Assembly (NCBI GenBank): GCA_965219205.1
Contig: CBDCMQ010000007.1
Coordinates: 227,594 to 291,593 of the forward strand
Direction of reading: 5' to 3'
Length of the DNA stretch: 64,000 bases
Source: Dehalococcoidia bacterium
Lineage (GTDB): Bacteria; Chloroflexota; Dehalococcoidia; DSTF01; WHTK01
The first letter of the stretch is position 1. Each line of letters starts with the position of its first letter. A model generated the notes under the pieces. It was given only the letters and a program-made list of their open reading frames with translations, searched no databases and was not told the DNA's origin. This document shows, in pieces, positions 28,467 to 38,414 of this stretch. A program made the translations under genes and the position numbers.

Positions 28467-29333
28467 TCATGCTCCGCTAGGACCGAGCGAGCGCCTCCCC
28501 TTAAACGCCGATGCGACCAGGCCACGACGAGGAGAAAAGATGGCGACTGCCAGGAAAAGGCCTGTCGCCGTCAAAACTATCGTCCCTCCCGCGGCGAAGT
28601 CTGTGTGCCAGGAAATATACAAACCAATAACCCCTGAGGTGGCGCCGAGCAGAGCGCTAAGCGGCATCATGCGGTCCATATCGTCAACAAGAAGCCGAGC
28701 CGTCGCTGCCGGTGTTACAAACATCGCCAAAACCAGCACGTTGCCTACGGCTCGCAGGGAAACGACGATGGCTAGCGTAACCAGAATCAGCAATAACGTC
28801 TCCAGCCAAAAGACCGGAAGCCCCATTGCGGTCGCCATTTCACGATCGAACGAAGTCAGGATCAGGACGCGCCTCAACATGAACGCGAGAACCAATGCCA
28901 GCCCCCCAAAGCCCAGACTCAAGTAAATGTCAGTCGAAGTCACCGACAGCACGTCGCCAAATAGCAAGGCGGTCAAGTCTCGCGTGTAGCCCGGTGACAT
29001 ACTGATGAGCACGACACCAAGTGCGAAGGTCCCGGCAAAGACGACACCGATCGCCGTGTCCTCCCGTAAACGTCTGGTTAGCTTCAGGCTGCTAATCATC
29101 ATCGCCGTCAGAAGGCCGAACCCTGCGCCGCCGATGAAGAAGTTAATTTTGAGCAAGAAGGCGATCACCACTCCCGGGAAGACCGCATGTGAGATCGCGT
29201 CGCTGATGAACGCCAGACCGCGAATCACAACGAACGCACCGAGAAAGCCCGCCACGCTTCCGACAATCACGACTTCAAGTAATGCCATGCGCATGAAACG
29301 AAATGAAAGCGGGTCCAAGAGCCAGTCCAACAT
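28467..29333 (-). CDS. Mn/Zn/Fe ABC transporter permease
   Basis: DAISHAVFPG, EDTAIG, LLFGDVL. Confidence 0.92.
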   Translation of the reverse strand: MLDWLLDPLSFRFMRMALLEVVIVGSVAGFLGAFVVIRGLAFISDAISHAVFPGVVIAFLLKINFFIGGAGFGLLTAMMISSLKLTRRLREDTAIGVVFAGTFALGVVLISMSPGYTRDLTALLFGDVLSVTSTDIYLSLGFGGLALVLAFMLRRVLILTSFDREMATAMGLPVFWLETLLLILVTLAIVVSLRAVGNVLVLAMFVTPAATARLLVDDMDRMMPLSALLGATSGVIGLYISWHTDFAAGGTIVLTATGLFLAVAIFSPRRGLVASAFKGRRSLGPSGA

Positions 29334-29341
29334 CTCAGCTC

Positions 29342-30172
29342 TCAGTCCCTAGATTCGTGGTGATGAGCATCCTCCAAGATGTGATCGAAGTGCTCCTCGC
29401 CATGCATCAGATGCAGATGCGTGCCATAAGCATCGCTGAGTACACTCTCAGTCAGCGTTTCTCGCATGGGGCCGAAGGCAACCAATCGCTGGTTTAGCAC
29501 ACAAACCGTGTCGCAGTTCGCTGCGGCCTGGTTTAGATCGTGAGTGGCCATGATCACTGTCCGACCCTCGTCCCTCATAGTGCCGAGGATTTCCAGAAAC
29601 ACGTCCTGCGTTTGCGGATCGACTCCGGTCATGGGTTCATCCACCAAGACAACGCTCCCTCCTTGGGCCAATGTCCTGGCGAAAAGCACTCGCTGCTGCT
29701 GACCAAAGGACAACTCGCCGAGCGGCGACCGCCGCAATTCGGCCAAACCGACACGTTCTAAAGCGCTTTCAGCAGTCTCTTTGTCTTCCGTTGATGGCGC
29801 TCGCAACCAGCCGGCGTGGCGAAGCCTGCCCATGAGCACGACATCGAGGGCGCGCAATGGCAAGTCTAGCTCAAGATCCTTGCGTTGGGGAAGGTAAGCG
29901 AACTGTTTGCGTGCCTCAGCCGGGGACCTTCCGCCGATTTCGATTTGTCCCGATTCCAGGTCCAAAACTCCCAAAATAGCTCGCAGTAGTGTGGTTTTAC
30001 CGGAGCCGTTGGGCCCGATCAGCCCGACGAATGAGCCACTATCGATTAGGCAACTGATGTCGATGAGCGCCGGATGCTCTCCTAGGAGAACAGCAGCTCT
30101 TTCGATCTTGATCACCGGAGCGGCGCCGATTGGCGCATCGTTCGAGTTCGCCCGAATCCCCAGGATTGCCAT
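29342..30172 (-). CDS. Mn/Zn/Fe ABC transporter ATP-binding protein
   Basis: GPNGSGKTT, LSFGQQQR, DEP, His-rich tail. Confidence 0.92.
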   Translation of the reverse strand: MAILGIRANSNDAPIGAAPVIKIERAAVLLGEHPALIDISCLIDSGSFVGLIGPNGSGKTTLLRAILGVLDLESGQIEIGGRSPAEARKQFAYLPQRKDLELDLPLRALDVVLMGRLRHAGWLRAPSTEDKETAESALERVGLAELRRSPLGELSFGQQQRVLFARTLAQGGSVVLVDEPMTGVDPQTQDVFLEILGTMRDEGRTVIMATHDLNQAAANCDTVCVLNQRLVAFGPMRETLTESVLSDAYGTHLHLMHGEEHFDHILEDAHHHESRD

Positions 30173-30256
30173 AACAGATACTTTATCTCAAACAGAACCG
30201 GCGACGCGACCTCCGTTCGGCTTGAAAGCGAGCTCTCGGACTATAATCGAGACATC

Positions 30257-31030
30257 GTGATAAGCAACGCTCGCTATGTGAATGGAATGCCGGAGCGGTC
30301 GTGGCCGGCGGACCAGGCTGACATTCTTGACTTGTTGGCAGACGCGGAACCAGTCGAAGCGGCGATCTTGGCTGCCGGCTCCAATTATGTCTACTTGTTG
30401 ACGCTACGTGACGCGTCCGCCGGCGATGGCTACGCCGTGTATAAGCCGAAGCACGGCGAGGCCCCCTTATCGGACTTCCCCGACGGCACCCTTTACAAGC
30501 GCGAATATGCTTCCTATCTGGTGAGCGAAGCCCTTGGTTGGGGCCTGGTGCCGCCAACAGTTATCCGAGAGGCAGAATTGCCACCGGGCGTCGGCGCGGT
30601 TCAACTATTTATCGTTCATGATCCATCGCAGCACTACTTCACGCTGCGCGAGGACCACGCGGAAGAAATGAAACGTGTGGCGGTATTCGACTGGCTAACA
30701 AACAACGCCGATCGTAAAGGTGGGCATTGCCTTCTGGCCGCTGATCAGCGCCTTTGGTTCATCGATCAGGGGCTCACCTTCCACCAGGATGAGAAGCTCC
30801 GCACCGTAATTTGGGATTTTCAGGGTCAACCGGTCCCAACACGGCTTGCCAGCGAGGTAGCTAACTTTGGCAATCGGCTCCGGGAGGACGAAAATCTTCG
30901 TTCTCAGCTACTCGAGCTTATCAGCGACGCTGAGTTTAGCGCGCTGAAGGAACGTGCGGAACTAATTAGCCACAATGGGATGTTCCCGCCACCTCCCGCC
31001 ACGCGACCATACCCCTGGCCAATTATCTAG
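30257..31030 (+). CDS. SCO1664 family PI3/4-kinase-like protein
   Basis: GSNY, AVYKP..GE.PLSDFPDGTL..RE, NNADRKGGH, IDQGLTFH. Confidence 0.85.
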   Translation: MISNARYVNGMPERSWPADQADILDLLADAEPVEAAILAAGSNYVYLLTLRDASAGDGYAVYKPKHGEAPLSDFPDGTLYKREYASYLVSEALGWGLVPPTVIREAELPPGVGAVQLFIVHDPSQHYFTLREDHAEEMKRVAVFDWLTNNADRKGGHCLLAADQRLWFIDQGLTFHQDEKLRTVIWDFQGQPVPTRLASEVANFGNRLREDENLRSQLLELISDAEFSALKERAELISHNGMFPPPPATRPYPWPII

Positions 31031-31058
31031 TTCAGGCCGGCGATAAGGACTGTTAAGT

Positions 31059-31577
31059 CTAGGCCTCGCCCCAGACGCGCCTCAGCGCTTCTTTTCGCAC
31101 ATCTTCCCGCACTCCGGCGATCCGGAAGCCGAGATCGCGGACCGTGACAAGAGTTTCAACCACCTGATCGGCCTTGGGTCCTCGCAGGGCAGAGTCAAAA
31201 TCCTTTGAGATGTCGAGTGCCAGGCCGATCGCTTCTTCGGCAATCTTCTGGCCGTCGGGGGTTAGGCCAACCCACACAACCCGCCGGTCCTGCCGATCGC
31301 GGGTCCGCGTAATCAGCTCACGATCCTCAAGCCGGTTGAGGAGACCGCTGACGCTGTGGGTTTCCTGAAGCAGCAGGGCTGCCAGCATTGACGGCGTGAT
31401 TTTCTCTTTAGCGTAGTAGACAAGCGCCAAAATTCGCTGCTGAGCCACGCTGAGCTTGAGATGGGCTAGCCGCTTCTCCAAGCCCCTTTGCGCCACGTTC
31501 GCCGCGTCGATTAGCGTCATGAGCGGCATGGTCTCCGAACGCACAGAGTCCTTCGTCAAGTTCGTCAAGTTTGTCAT
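31059..31577 (-). CDS. MarR family transcriptional regulator
   Basis: LLNRLEDRELITR...DRRVVWVGLTPDG; GAGGAGG RBS before ATG 31577. Confidence 0.88.
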   Translation of the reverse strand: MTNLTNLTKDSVRSETMPLMTLIDAANVAQRGLEKRLAHLKLSVAQQRILALVYYAKEKITPSMLAALLLQETHSVSGLLNRLEDRELITRTRDRQDRRVVWVGLTPDGQKIAEEAIGLALDISKDFDSALRGPKADQVVETLVTVRDLGFRIAGVREDVRKEALRRVWGEA

Positions 31578-31692
31578 CTTCGTCCTCCTCTGCAATTGGA
31601 TCGAATATATCGATCAGCTTTCGAGTGGATTACTCGCTTAAGCACCAAACCTCATCCGATGGTAGCGGCCCATCCGTTAAAGCACAATATTC

Positions 31693-32809
31693 TGTACTCG
31701 TCCAGTAGATGCCGGACACTTACCTCCTCTCGGTGAATGCTAGCAGCCACTCTTGCGGCGTTAGATGGCCAAGGGCCCGATGGGGCCGGTAAGTGTTGTA
31801 ACGCTGCTCCTGTTGGAGCAGCTGGGTTCTCAGTTGGCTGAGCGAGTCGGGTGGGTCAACCAACTGGTAAAGCTCCTCTTTGTGGGTGCGCTGGGCTCGT
31901 TCCAGGCAGCCGTTGAGCTTGGGGGAGCGTGGTGGCAGCACAAAAAGCCGCAGCCCCTTCTGCTCACAGGCGGCCTCAAACTCGGCCCTGAACTCAGAGC
32001 CACCGTCCACCTGGATCGCCTTCACCGGACCCGGCATACGCTCGATGACCGTATCGAGGAAGTCGCGCGCCGTGCCGGCGGTAGCGCGGCCGTAGACACC
32101 CAAGACGTCCCAGCGGCTGACAATATCACGCGCCGAGAAGTGCTTGTAGGCATGGGTAATACCGGTCCAGCGCACGTCGGCGCTGTCCACCTGAACCAGA
32201 TCTCCCGGCGCCTTGACGACGTAGTCTTTGGGCTTACGCACGGCATAGGGCCGCACCTGAGGCCGAGAGACGATGCAAGGGTCCTTCAGACTCGCAGGCC
32301 CCAGTTTGCCTTGGCGTCTGAGCCGGCTGAGGATGCGGCCCACCATCGAGACCGAGATAGTGACCCCTTGGCGTCTGAGGATCGGCTGTAGCTTGTCTTT
32401 GCCCCAGACGAGATTGTCTTGGCGCAGGCGTAGCACCGCTGCTTCGAACTCTAGGCTCCAAGTCGGCTTGCGGACCTGGTGGGCCTATGGCTGCGGTCTT
32501 CCAGACCCCGCGGACCCTGGAGCCGGTAGCACTCTAGCCACTGGTAAAGGGTTGAGCGGCTGCGTCCAAAGCGTCTTGCCGTCAGACTCACCTTCTCGCC
32601 GTGATCCTTGTGCCACTCAACAGCCCTGAGGCGCGCCTTCGCCTCACGTGATAGTCGTGGCTCCTCCCTGCCTTCCTGCGCTCCCTCTGGGAGGAGACGA
32701 GCCAGGGTTGGACCGCCTGGGATGATCGACCCGTACGTCTGCATTGGGACTCCGTATCGTCCCCGCCTTCTCATCATTGTCGTGTACGGCATCTTTCTGA
32801 ACGAGATCA
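31693..32809 (-). mobile_element. IS481-family insertion sequence, copy 1 (1117 bp, frameshifted transposase)
   Basis: Imperfect terminal IRs TGTACTCGTCCAGTAGATGCCGGACAC / TGATCTCGTTCAGAAAGATGCCGTACAC; 5-bp TSD TATTC (31688-31692, 32810-32814); near-identical to 56637-57754. Confidence 0.92.
31720..32744 (-). pseudogene. DDE transposase with 1-bp deletion near 32480
   Basis: GGCC-CACC here versus GGCCACACC in copy 2 splits the ORF. Confidence 0.8.
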
Positions 32810-33008
32810 TATTCTATGCACAACATGAAGAATCCATAGGGGAGGCTTGAGAAATTCGTGCCCAATCTGGTCATATTTACTTCGTGAGTAATTTAGGCCC
32901 ATTTCGGCCGTATCCCCTGTGAGAAATCTTTCTGGTATACTCCATCCGGCGCAGCCGAAAGCCCGGGCGACGAGAGAAGGAGAACCCCGGCAAAGGTCGG
33001 GGTAAATT

Positions 33009-34307
33009 ATGCCCGCAACAGTTGTTATCGGCGGTCAGTGGGGTGACGAGGGCAAAGGCCGGATTGTCGATCTTCTGGCTCGAGATGCCAGCCTTATTGC
33101 CCGCTACTCGGCAGGAAACAACGCCGGCCACACAATTATCAATCACTTGGGCCTGTTCGCGTTACACCTGGTCCCGGCGGGCATTTTTTACCCAGAGAAA
33201 ACCTGTTTGATCGGCAGCGGCGTCGCCATCGACCCGAAGGTTCTGATCGATGAAATCGCATCGCTCGAATCAAGCAATGTCAGCACCGAGCGTCTCCTGG
33301 TTAGCGATCGTGCCCACGTGATAATGCCGTACCACCCACTGATCGACCAGCTGGATGAGAAACTGCGAGGCGGGGCAGCCGTCGGTACGACCGGTCGTGG
33401 CGTAGGCCCGGCGTTTGTCGATAAGGTTGGCCGAATGGGCATTCGGATGGGCGACCTAGTAAACCCAACCGCATTTCGTGAGCGGCTCAGCTTCATACTT
33501 CCGTACAAAAACGCGGCCCTAGCAAAGCTCTACGATAGTGAGCCCTTGTCTTTTGATCAGGTGTACTCATCCTACGGCGAGTTCGCCAGCCAGTTGGCGC
33601 CGCGGGTCGCGGACACTTCGAACATCGCCCGGGAGGCGTTGGCTCGGGGAGAAAGCATGTTGTTGGAAGGTGCGCAGGGAGCGCTGCTGGACCTTGATGC
33701 CGGAACTTATGATTACGTTACCTCCTCGGTTCCGTCCTCAACCGCGCCGGGCGCCGCTATCGGAGCCGGTATAGGACCAGCCGATATCGTCAAGGTCGTC
33801 GGTGTCTACAAAGCCTACATGACCAGAGTCGGCAATGGCCCAATGCCAACCGAGCTGGTCGACGATGAGGCGGGGCAGATCCTGCGCCTCCACGGCCCAC
33901 GCCCAGAGGTCGGCACAACGACCGGCCGGCCTCGCCGCACCGGCTGGTTCGACGCCGTGGTCTCGCGTTACTCCGCATCGATAAACAGCGTCAGCTCGGT
34001 GGCGCTAACTCGCCTTGACGTCTTGGACCCATTTCCTTCAATCCAAGTCTGCGTCGGTTACAAAATTGACGGCCAATTGGTAGACACTCCACCGGCAAGC
34101 ATCTCGGCCTTCGCGAATGCCCAACCGCAGTTCGAGGAAATGCCGGGGTGGGAGGACGACAGCACTGAGGCACGAAGGTTCGAGGATCTGCCCGAGAACG
34201 CCCAGCGTTATGTGAAGCGGATCCAGGAGCTAATTGGCAAACCAATCGAGATCGTCTCGGTTGGGCCAGAACGCGAACAGGTCATCCTAGTCGATCGTCC
34301 CATCTAG
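33009..34307 (+). CDS. purA: Adenylosuccinate synthetase
   Basis: QWGDEGKG, GNNAGHT, GTTGRGVGP, EGAQG, TTTGRPRR. Confidence 0.98.
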   Translation: MPATVVIGGQWGDEGKGRIVDLLARDASLIARYSAGNNAGHTIINHLGLFALHLVPAGIFYPEKTCLIGSGVAIDPKVLIDEIASLESSNVSTERLLVSDRAHVIMPYHPLIDQLDEKLRGGAAVGTTGRGVGPAFVDKVGRMGIRMGDLVNPTAFRERLSFILPYKNAALAKLYDSEPLSFDQVYSSYGEFASQLAPRVADTSNIAREALARGESMLLEGAQGALLDLDAGTYDYVTSSVPSSTAPGAAIGAGIGPADIVKVVGVYKAYMTRVGNGPMPTELVDDEAGQILRLHGPRPEVGTTTGRPRRTGWFDAVVSRYSASINSVSSVALTRLDVLDPFPSIQVCVGYKIDGQLVDTPPASISAFANAQPQFEEMPGWEDDSTEARRFEDLPENAQRYVKRIQELIGKPIEIVSVGPEREQVILVDRPI

Positions 34308-34422
34308 CACCTTCCCAACGATACGGGCGCAAGCCGATCTCCTCCGGAAAGTGTCTGAGATTCACGTTGCGCACGATTTGGCCGTGGAATCAGCCTGCAG
34401 CCTGCTTCATACTGAAGTCCAA

Positions 34423-34944
34423 ATGGCAGAACAAGACGTTCCGGACTACCTGATACCCGACCTCGATCTGATCATCGTCGGCATCAATCCTGGTTTGCGA
34501 TCGGGAGCCGCTGGGCACCACTACGCATTTCCCGGCAACCATTTTTGGAGCTTACTGTATGAATCGGGCCTGATACCTGAACCGCTCACACCCCAGGAAG
34601 ATCATCGTGTCCTCGATTTCGGCATTGGGCTAACCAACCTTGTCCACCGCACCTCGCGGTCAGCTGGCGATCTTAGCCGCGCTGAGCTCGCCGCCGGTGC
34701 TGATGAGCTCAGGTCCCGCCTTGTCTCACTGCGGCCTCGAATAGTTTGCTTCAATGGCATGGGCATCTACTCCGCATTTTCAGGCCAGAAGAAGGCCCCT
34801 CTCGGGCTCCAGGAAGAGCCATTTCAGGGAATCAAGCTATTCGTTACGCCTTCTTCTAGCGGCCGTACGGCCGCCTATCAGCGCGACGTAAAGCTGCGTT
34901 GCTATCGTGAGCTCAGGGCTTTGGTTGATGAACCCCGATTATGA
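34423..34944 (+). CDS. mug: Mismatch-specific uracil-DNA glycosylase (MUG/TDG family)
   Basis: VGINPG, HYAFPGNHFW, GLTNLV, PSSSG. Confidence 0.88.
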   Translation: MAEQDVPDYLIPDLDLIIVGINPGLRSGAAGHHYAFPGNHFWSLLYESGLIPEPLTPQEDHRVLDFGIGLTNLVHRTSRSAGDLSRAELAAGADELRSRLVSLRPRIVCFNGMGIYSAFSGQKKAPLGLQEEPFQGIKLFVTPSSSGRTAAYQRDVKLRCYRELRALVDEPRL

Positions 34945-35168
34945 ATCGCAGTATTCGACAGAGTTGCCTGACACCTTTTTATCTTTCTGAATGCCGCCAA
35001 TGGCGGCGCGCCTTGCCGGGAGCGTCGGCAGTGTACTCTGCCTTCGGGGTTAGCGGGCGCAGAGCGGTCGCGCGTTGCCCTATTCGGACGAAGGTGTGAT
35101 AGTTGGGTGGCGTTGGCTGAGTCCATATTCAAGCGCCACGCACCAGCGCTCTAGAAGCGCACCGAGAA

Positions 35169-35717
35169 GTGACAATGACGGTAGAACCCCAGTCTAACCA
35201 AGACCCCCCGGCACCGGGGGTCACACGCCCCGAATCGATTCTTTCCGAGCGCCTCGAGGAATTTCTTGGACGGCTGGCCGACGGGACATCGCCGAACGCC
35301 GGAACATTTTGCTCTTTCTGCTACAACCCGCTGCCCCGTGACTTCAAGAGCTGTGACCACTGTGGCCAGGACCTCGGAAAGCGCTCAGCCATCAAGGCAT
35401 TGCCCGGCGCGGTGCTGGAGATGTATCGGCGAAAACTGCGTAGCGAGAGCCTGATTGTCAACTCTTTCGCCTACCTCGGCTTGTTTCTCGGTTTGGCGCT
35501 CTACCTCGGCCTGGTGGCGATCAATGTCCTCTACTTGGACAAGGCGCTCTGGTTCTTTGTTGTTGCCACCGTGATTTTCTTGGTTGCAAGCCGCATGTTT
35601 GCCGGCCTGTTTGGCGGCTACATCGGTGACGAACTCGGTTATCGCGTAGCAAATCGCCACCTAGCTGAGGACTGGACCGCGCATCTCAGTCAGCGTGAAG
35701 CAGAACGCGATTCGTAA
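35169..35717 (+). CDS. Zinc-ribbon membrane protein
   Basis: CSFC...CDHC followed by two TM helices. Confidence 0.7.
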   Translation: MTMTVEPQSNQDPPAPGVTRPESILSERLEEFLGRLADGTSPNAGTFCSFCYNPLPRDFKSCDHCGQDLGKRSAIKALPGAVLEMYRRKLRSESLIVNSFAYLGLFLGLALYLGLVAINVLYLDKALWFFVVATVIFLVASRMFAGLFGGYIGDELGYRVANRHLAEDWTAHLSQREAERDS

Positions 35718-35738
35718 ACCTCGTCCTAAAGGGTGGCG

Positions 35739-36653
35739 CTACACGCCGACTGGCAAGTCAATCTTCTGACGGCGAACTTCCGCCATAAGTTTGGCCGATG
35801 AATCCTGGTCCAAGTCATAAAGCGGCAAGCGTAGACCACCAACGTTGAAGCCTACTTGGTTGAGAGCGTGTTTGACAGGAATTGGGTTCGGGGCAGTGGT
35901 CATCAAAGCTGTCATCAAGGGCAGCAACCTTCGGTGAGTTGCGGCCGCTTCTGCGTTCCTGCCGGCAAAAAAATCCTCGATCAGCTGCTTCATCTGCCGG
36001 CCGATCAGGTGGGAGCAGACACAGATTACGCCATAACCTCCGACGGAGAGCAGCGGCAACGTGACTTGGTCATCCCCACTCCACACGGGAAATTCCGGGC
36101 CGGCCTCAGCCACGATTTTGCTCACTGAATCGAGGTTGCCACTGGCCTCCTTGACTCCAACTATGTTTGGAATCGCGGCGGCACGAATAATCGTTTCCGG
36201 CAGCATGTTCACAGCGGTGCGCCCCGGGATGTTGTAAAGAACACCCGGAATTTCCACCGCCGCCGCTATGGCCTCGAAGTGGCGAAATAGCCCCTCCTGG
36301 GTCGGCTTGCTGTAGTACGGCACCGTCAGCAGTAGCCCATCGACACCCACCGCCTCTGCTTCGCGTGACAAATTGATGCTTTCCCGTGTGTCATAGGTGC
36401 TGGTTCCGGCAAGGACTGTCCCATCGTCGCCCACGGCTTCCTTTACCGCCCTAAAGAGGTCAAGCTTTTCCTGGTGCGCCAGAGTGGGCGCCTCGCCCGT
36501 GGTACCGGAAACGATGAAACCCTCGCTGCCTGAATCAAGTAGAGTCCGGGCCAACTTTTGCGCCTGTGCGTGGTCAACCCTGTCGTCGGCTGTGAATGGC
36601 GTGACCAGCGCTGTAAGCAGCCGGCCAAATTTTGGCGTCCCAGGCATCTGCAC
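35739..36653 (-). CDS. dapA: 4-hydroxy-tetrahydrodipicolinate synthase
   Basis: GTTGE, PYYSKP, YNIPGRT, GVKEASG, NPIPVK. Confidence 0.96.
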   Translation of the reverse strand: MQMPGTPKFGRLLTALVTPFTADDRVDHAQAQKLARTLLDSGSEGFIVSGTTGEAPTLAHQEKLDLFRAVKEAVGDDGTVLAGTSTYDTRESINLSREAEAVGVDGLLLTVPYYSKPTQEGLFRHFEAIAAAVEIPGVLYNIPGRTAVNMLPETIIRAAAIPNIVGVKEASGNLDSVSKIVAEAGPEFPVWSGDDQVTLPLLSVGGYGVICVCSHLIGRQMKQLIEDFFAGRNAEAAATHRRLLPLMTALMTTAPNPIPVKHALNQVGFNVGGLRLPLYDLDQDSSAKLMAEVRRQKIDLPVGV

Positions 36654-36839
36654 CCTCCTGAGCTTTTTTCTGATGGCGTGATGACTGCCGCGGCAGATCA
36701 GACGTAGGCTGAGGCCTGATTTAAAGACAGTCCAGTTCCTTTCTCCTCATTTCGCGACCGGGAAAAAACGCTGACACCAACACCCAGATTCCTGCAAGTA
36801 TAGGCCCTGAACAAACCCATTTGCCGGAAGAAAGGTCGA

Positions 36840-37856
36840 TTAAATTAGCTTACGGCTGATTAACTCTTCGGCGATCTGCAATGCGTTGAGCGCTGCACCT
36901 TTGCGGAGGTTATCGCCGACCGTCCAGAAGGCAATGCCATTCGGGTGAGAAATGTCCCGCCGAATACGCCCGACAAACACGGGGTCCTGACCGGCAGCCT
37001 CCCAAGGCTGGGGATAAACACCGGTCTTGGGGTCGTCCTGGACGACGACTCCCGGCGCTTCGCGGAGCAAGTCAGCGAACTCCTCCGCTGCCATTGGATT
37101 TGTCAGCTCAGCAAAAACAGCGGCAGCGTGGGAGACGAAAACGGGCACCCGCACACAGGTCGCCGTAATGGCGATTGACGGATCGTGCATTATCTTGTGC
37201 GTCTCGTTGACCAGCTTCATCTCTTCACTGGTGTAGTCATCGTCCTTCCAAGAGCCAATCTCGGGGATCAAATTGAAGGCAATCTGGTGGGGATAGACGT
37301 CGGGTTCGGCCCTCCCACCCTCGAGCACCTTGCGGGACATCGACTCTAGCTCTTTGACGGCCGGACCGCCGGTGCCCGACACCGATTGGTAGGTGGCAGC
37401 TACGATCCGCTTCACCGGATTGGCCTTGTGCACCGGCCACAAAGGCATGACTACGGGCGTTGTCGCACAGTTCGGCGTAGCAATAATGCCCTTATGCTGC
37501 TCAACATCGTCCGGGTTAATTTCGGGCACAACCAGCGGCACCTCAGGATCCATGCGCCAGGCGCCGGTCTTGTCGATAACGATAGCGGCGGCCTTTACGG
37601 CGCTGGGCGAGTACTCGCGCGAGACCTCGTCCGGCACGGCGTTGAAGACAAGATCGCTGCCCGCGAAACAATCATGAGTTAAAGCCTCAACCTCAATATC
37701 TTGCTCACCAAAACGGATCTTCTTGCCCGCGGAGCGTGGTGAGGCAATCAGCCGTAGCGAGCCGAGCGGGAACTGACGCGTGGCGAGGATACGCAGTAAT
37801 TCTTCACCCACGATCCCCGTGGCCCCAACGATAGCGACGTTATAGGCTTTCGCCAT
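36840..37856 (-). CDS. asd: Aspartate-semialdehyde dehydrogenase
   Basis: VGATGIVG, PNCAT, TYQSVSGTG, TCVRVPV, DNLRKGAALNALQIAE. Confidence 0.97.
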   Translation of the reverse strand: MAKAYNVAIVGATGIVGEELLRILATRQFPLGSLRLIASPRSAGKKIRFGEQDIEVEALTHDCFAGSDLVFNAVPDEVSREYSPSAVKAAAIVIDKTGAWRMDPEVPLVVPEINPDDVEQHKGIIATPNCATTPVVMPLWPVHKANPVKRIVAATYQSVSGTGGPAVKELESMSRKVLEGGRAEPDVYPHQIAFNLIPEIGSWKDDDYTSEEMKLVNETHKIMHDPSIAITATCVRVPVFVSHAAAVFAELTNPMAAEEFADLLREAPGVVVQDDPKTGVYPQPWEAAGQDPVFVGRIRRDISHPNGIAFWTVGDNLRKGAALNALQIAEELISRKLI

Positions 37857-38014
37857 CACAACACCCTTTGATCTGAAATCCGTGTCAAGATTTGTCTGAT
37901 CATAACGGCTCGGAATACGCGTGGGCAAACTTCGGCCCACCAGTTCCAGCCGTATTCCTGGATTCGAACTTGTGCGGTGACAATGGGCCTGGACCACCTC
38001 ACTCTCGAGACGGC

Positions 38015-38320
38015 TTATTCCACGACCCCACGAAAACAGCCGACCATGTGCGGATACTCCCAAGTTGCGTGGTAGTGATACATTTCACGCCGCTCGCGAT
38101 CCCAAGCGACGATGTGCGAATGGCGGTGGCATTCATCCAAACGGCCATTTCGTAGTGTCACACCATCCACTCCTTGGTGGCCAACCAAATCCGTCCAATG
38201 CGTATCCCACCAATTCAGAGTGCACACCGGTTACTTGCTCAAGACAAGGGGCAATGGAGTAGTGATGGTATTCGCCGGTTTGCTCAGGGTGGCCGGCCTC
38301 CTCTAGAAAGTGATCATGGA
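38015..38320 (-). pseudogene. Remnant of YHYH-domain protein
   Basis: GHPEQTGEYHHYSIAPCL...HSELVGYALDGFG, then a frameshift into LDECHRHSH...MYHYHATWEYPHMVGCFRG. Confidence 0.6.
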
Positions 38321-38414
38321 TCAAATTTGAACCTCTGAGCCCGGAAACGGCAAGCAAGGCAAGGTCTAAGCCCTAGCGTTAGACCGTTTCACTTACTAAA
38401 ATCGACGAGATCGA

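Noticed and set aside
31552-31577. 9-bp tandem repeat (TNL-TNL) at the marR 5' end
   Set aside because: Only about 2.5 in-frame units; no evidence of phase variation
31687-32814. 6-bp TSD (ATATTC / AGCGGC) for the IS
   Set aside because: Would give inconsistent element ends between the two oppositely oriented copies; 5 bp fits both
34945-35168. Possible ncRNA in a 220-bp gap with short hairpins
   Set aside because: No recognisable family motif; hairpins are expected at this GC content
37857-38063. Long asd N-terminal extension or a lysine riboswitch
   Set aside because: The asd domain begins at 37856; no lysine riboswitch consensus seen, and part of the region is the YHYH remnant
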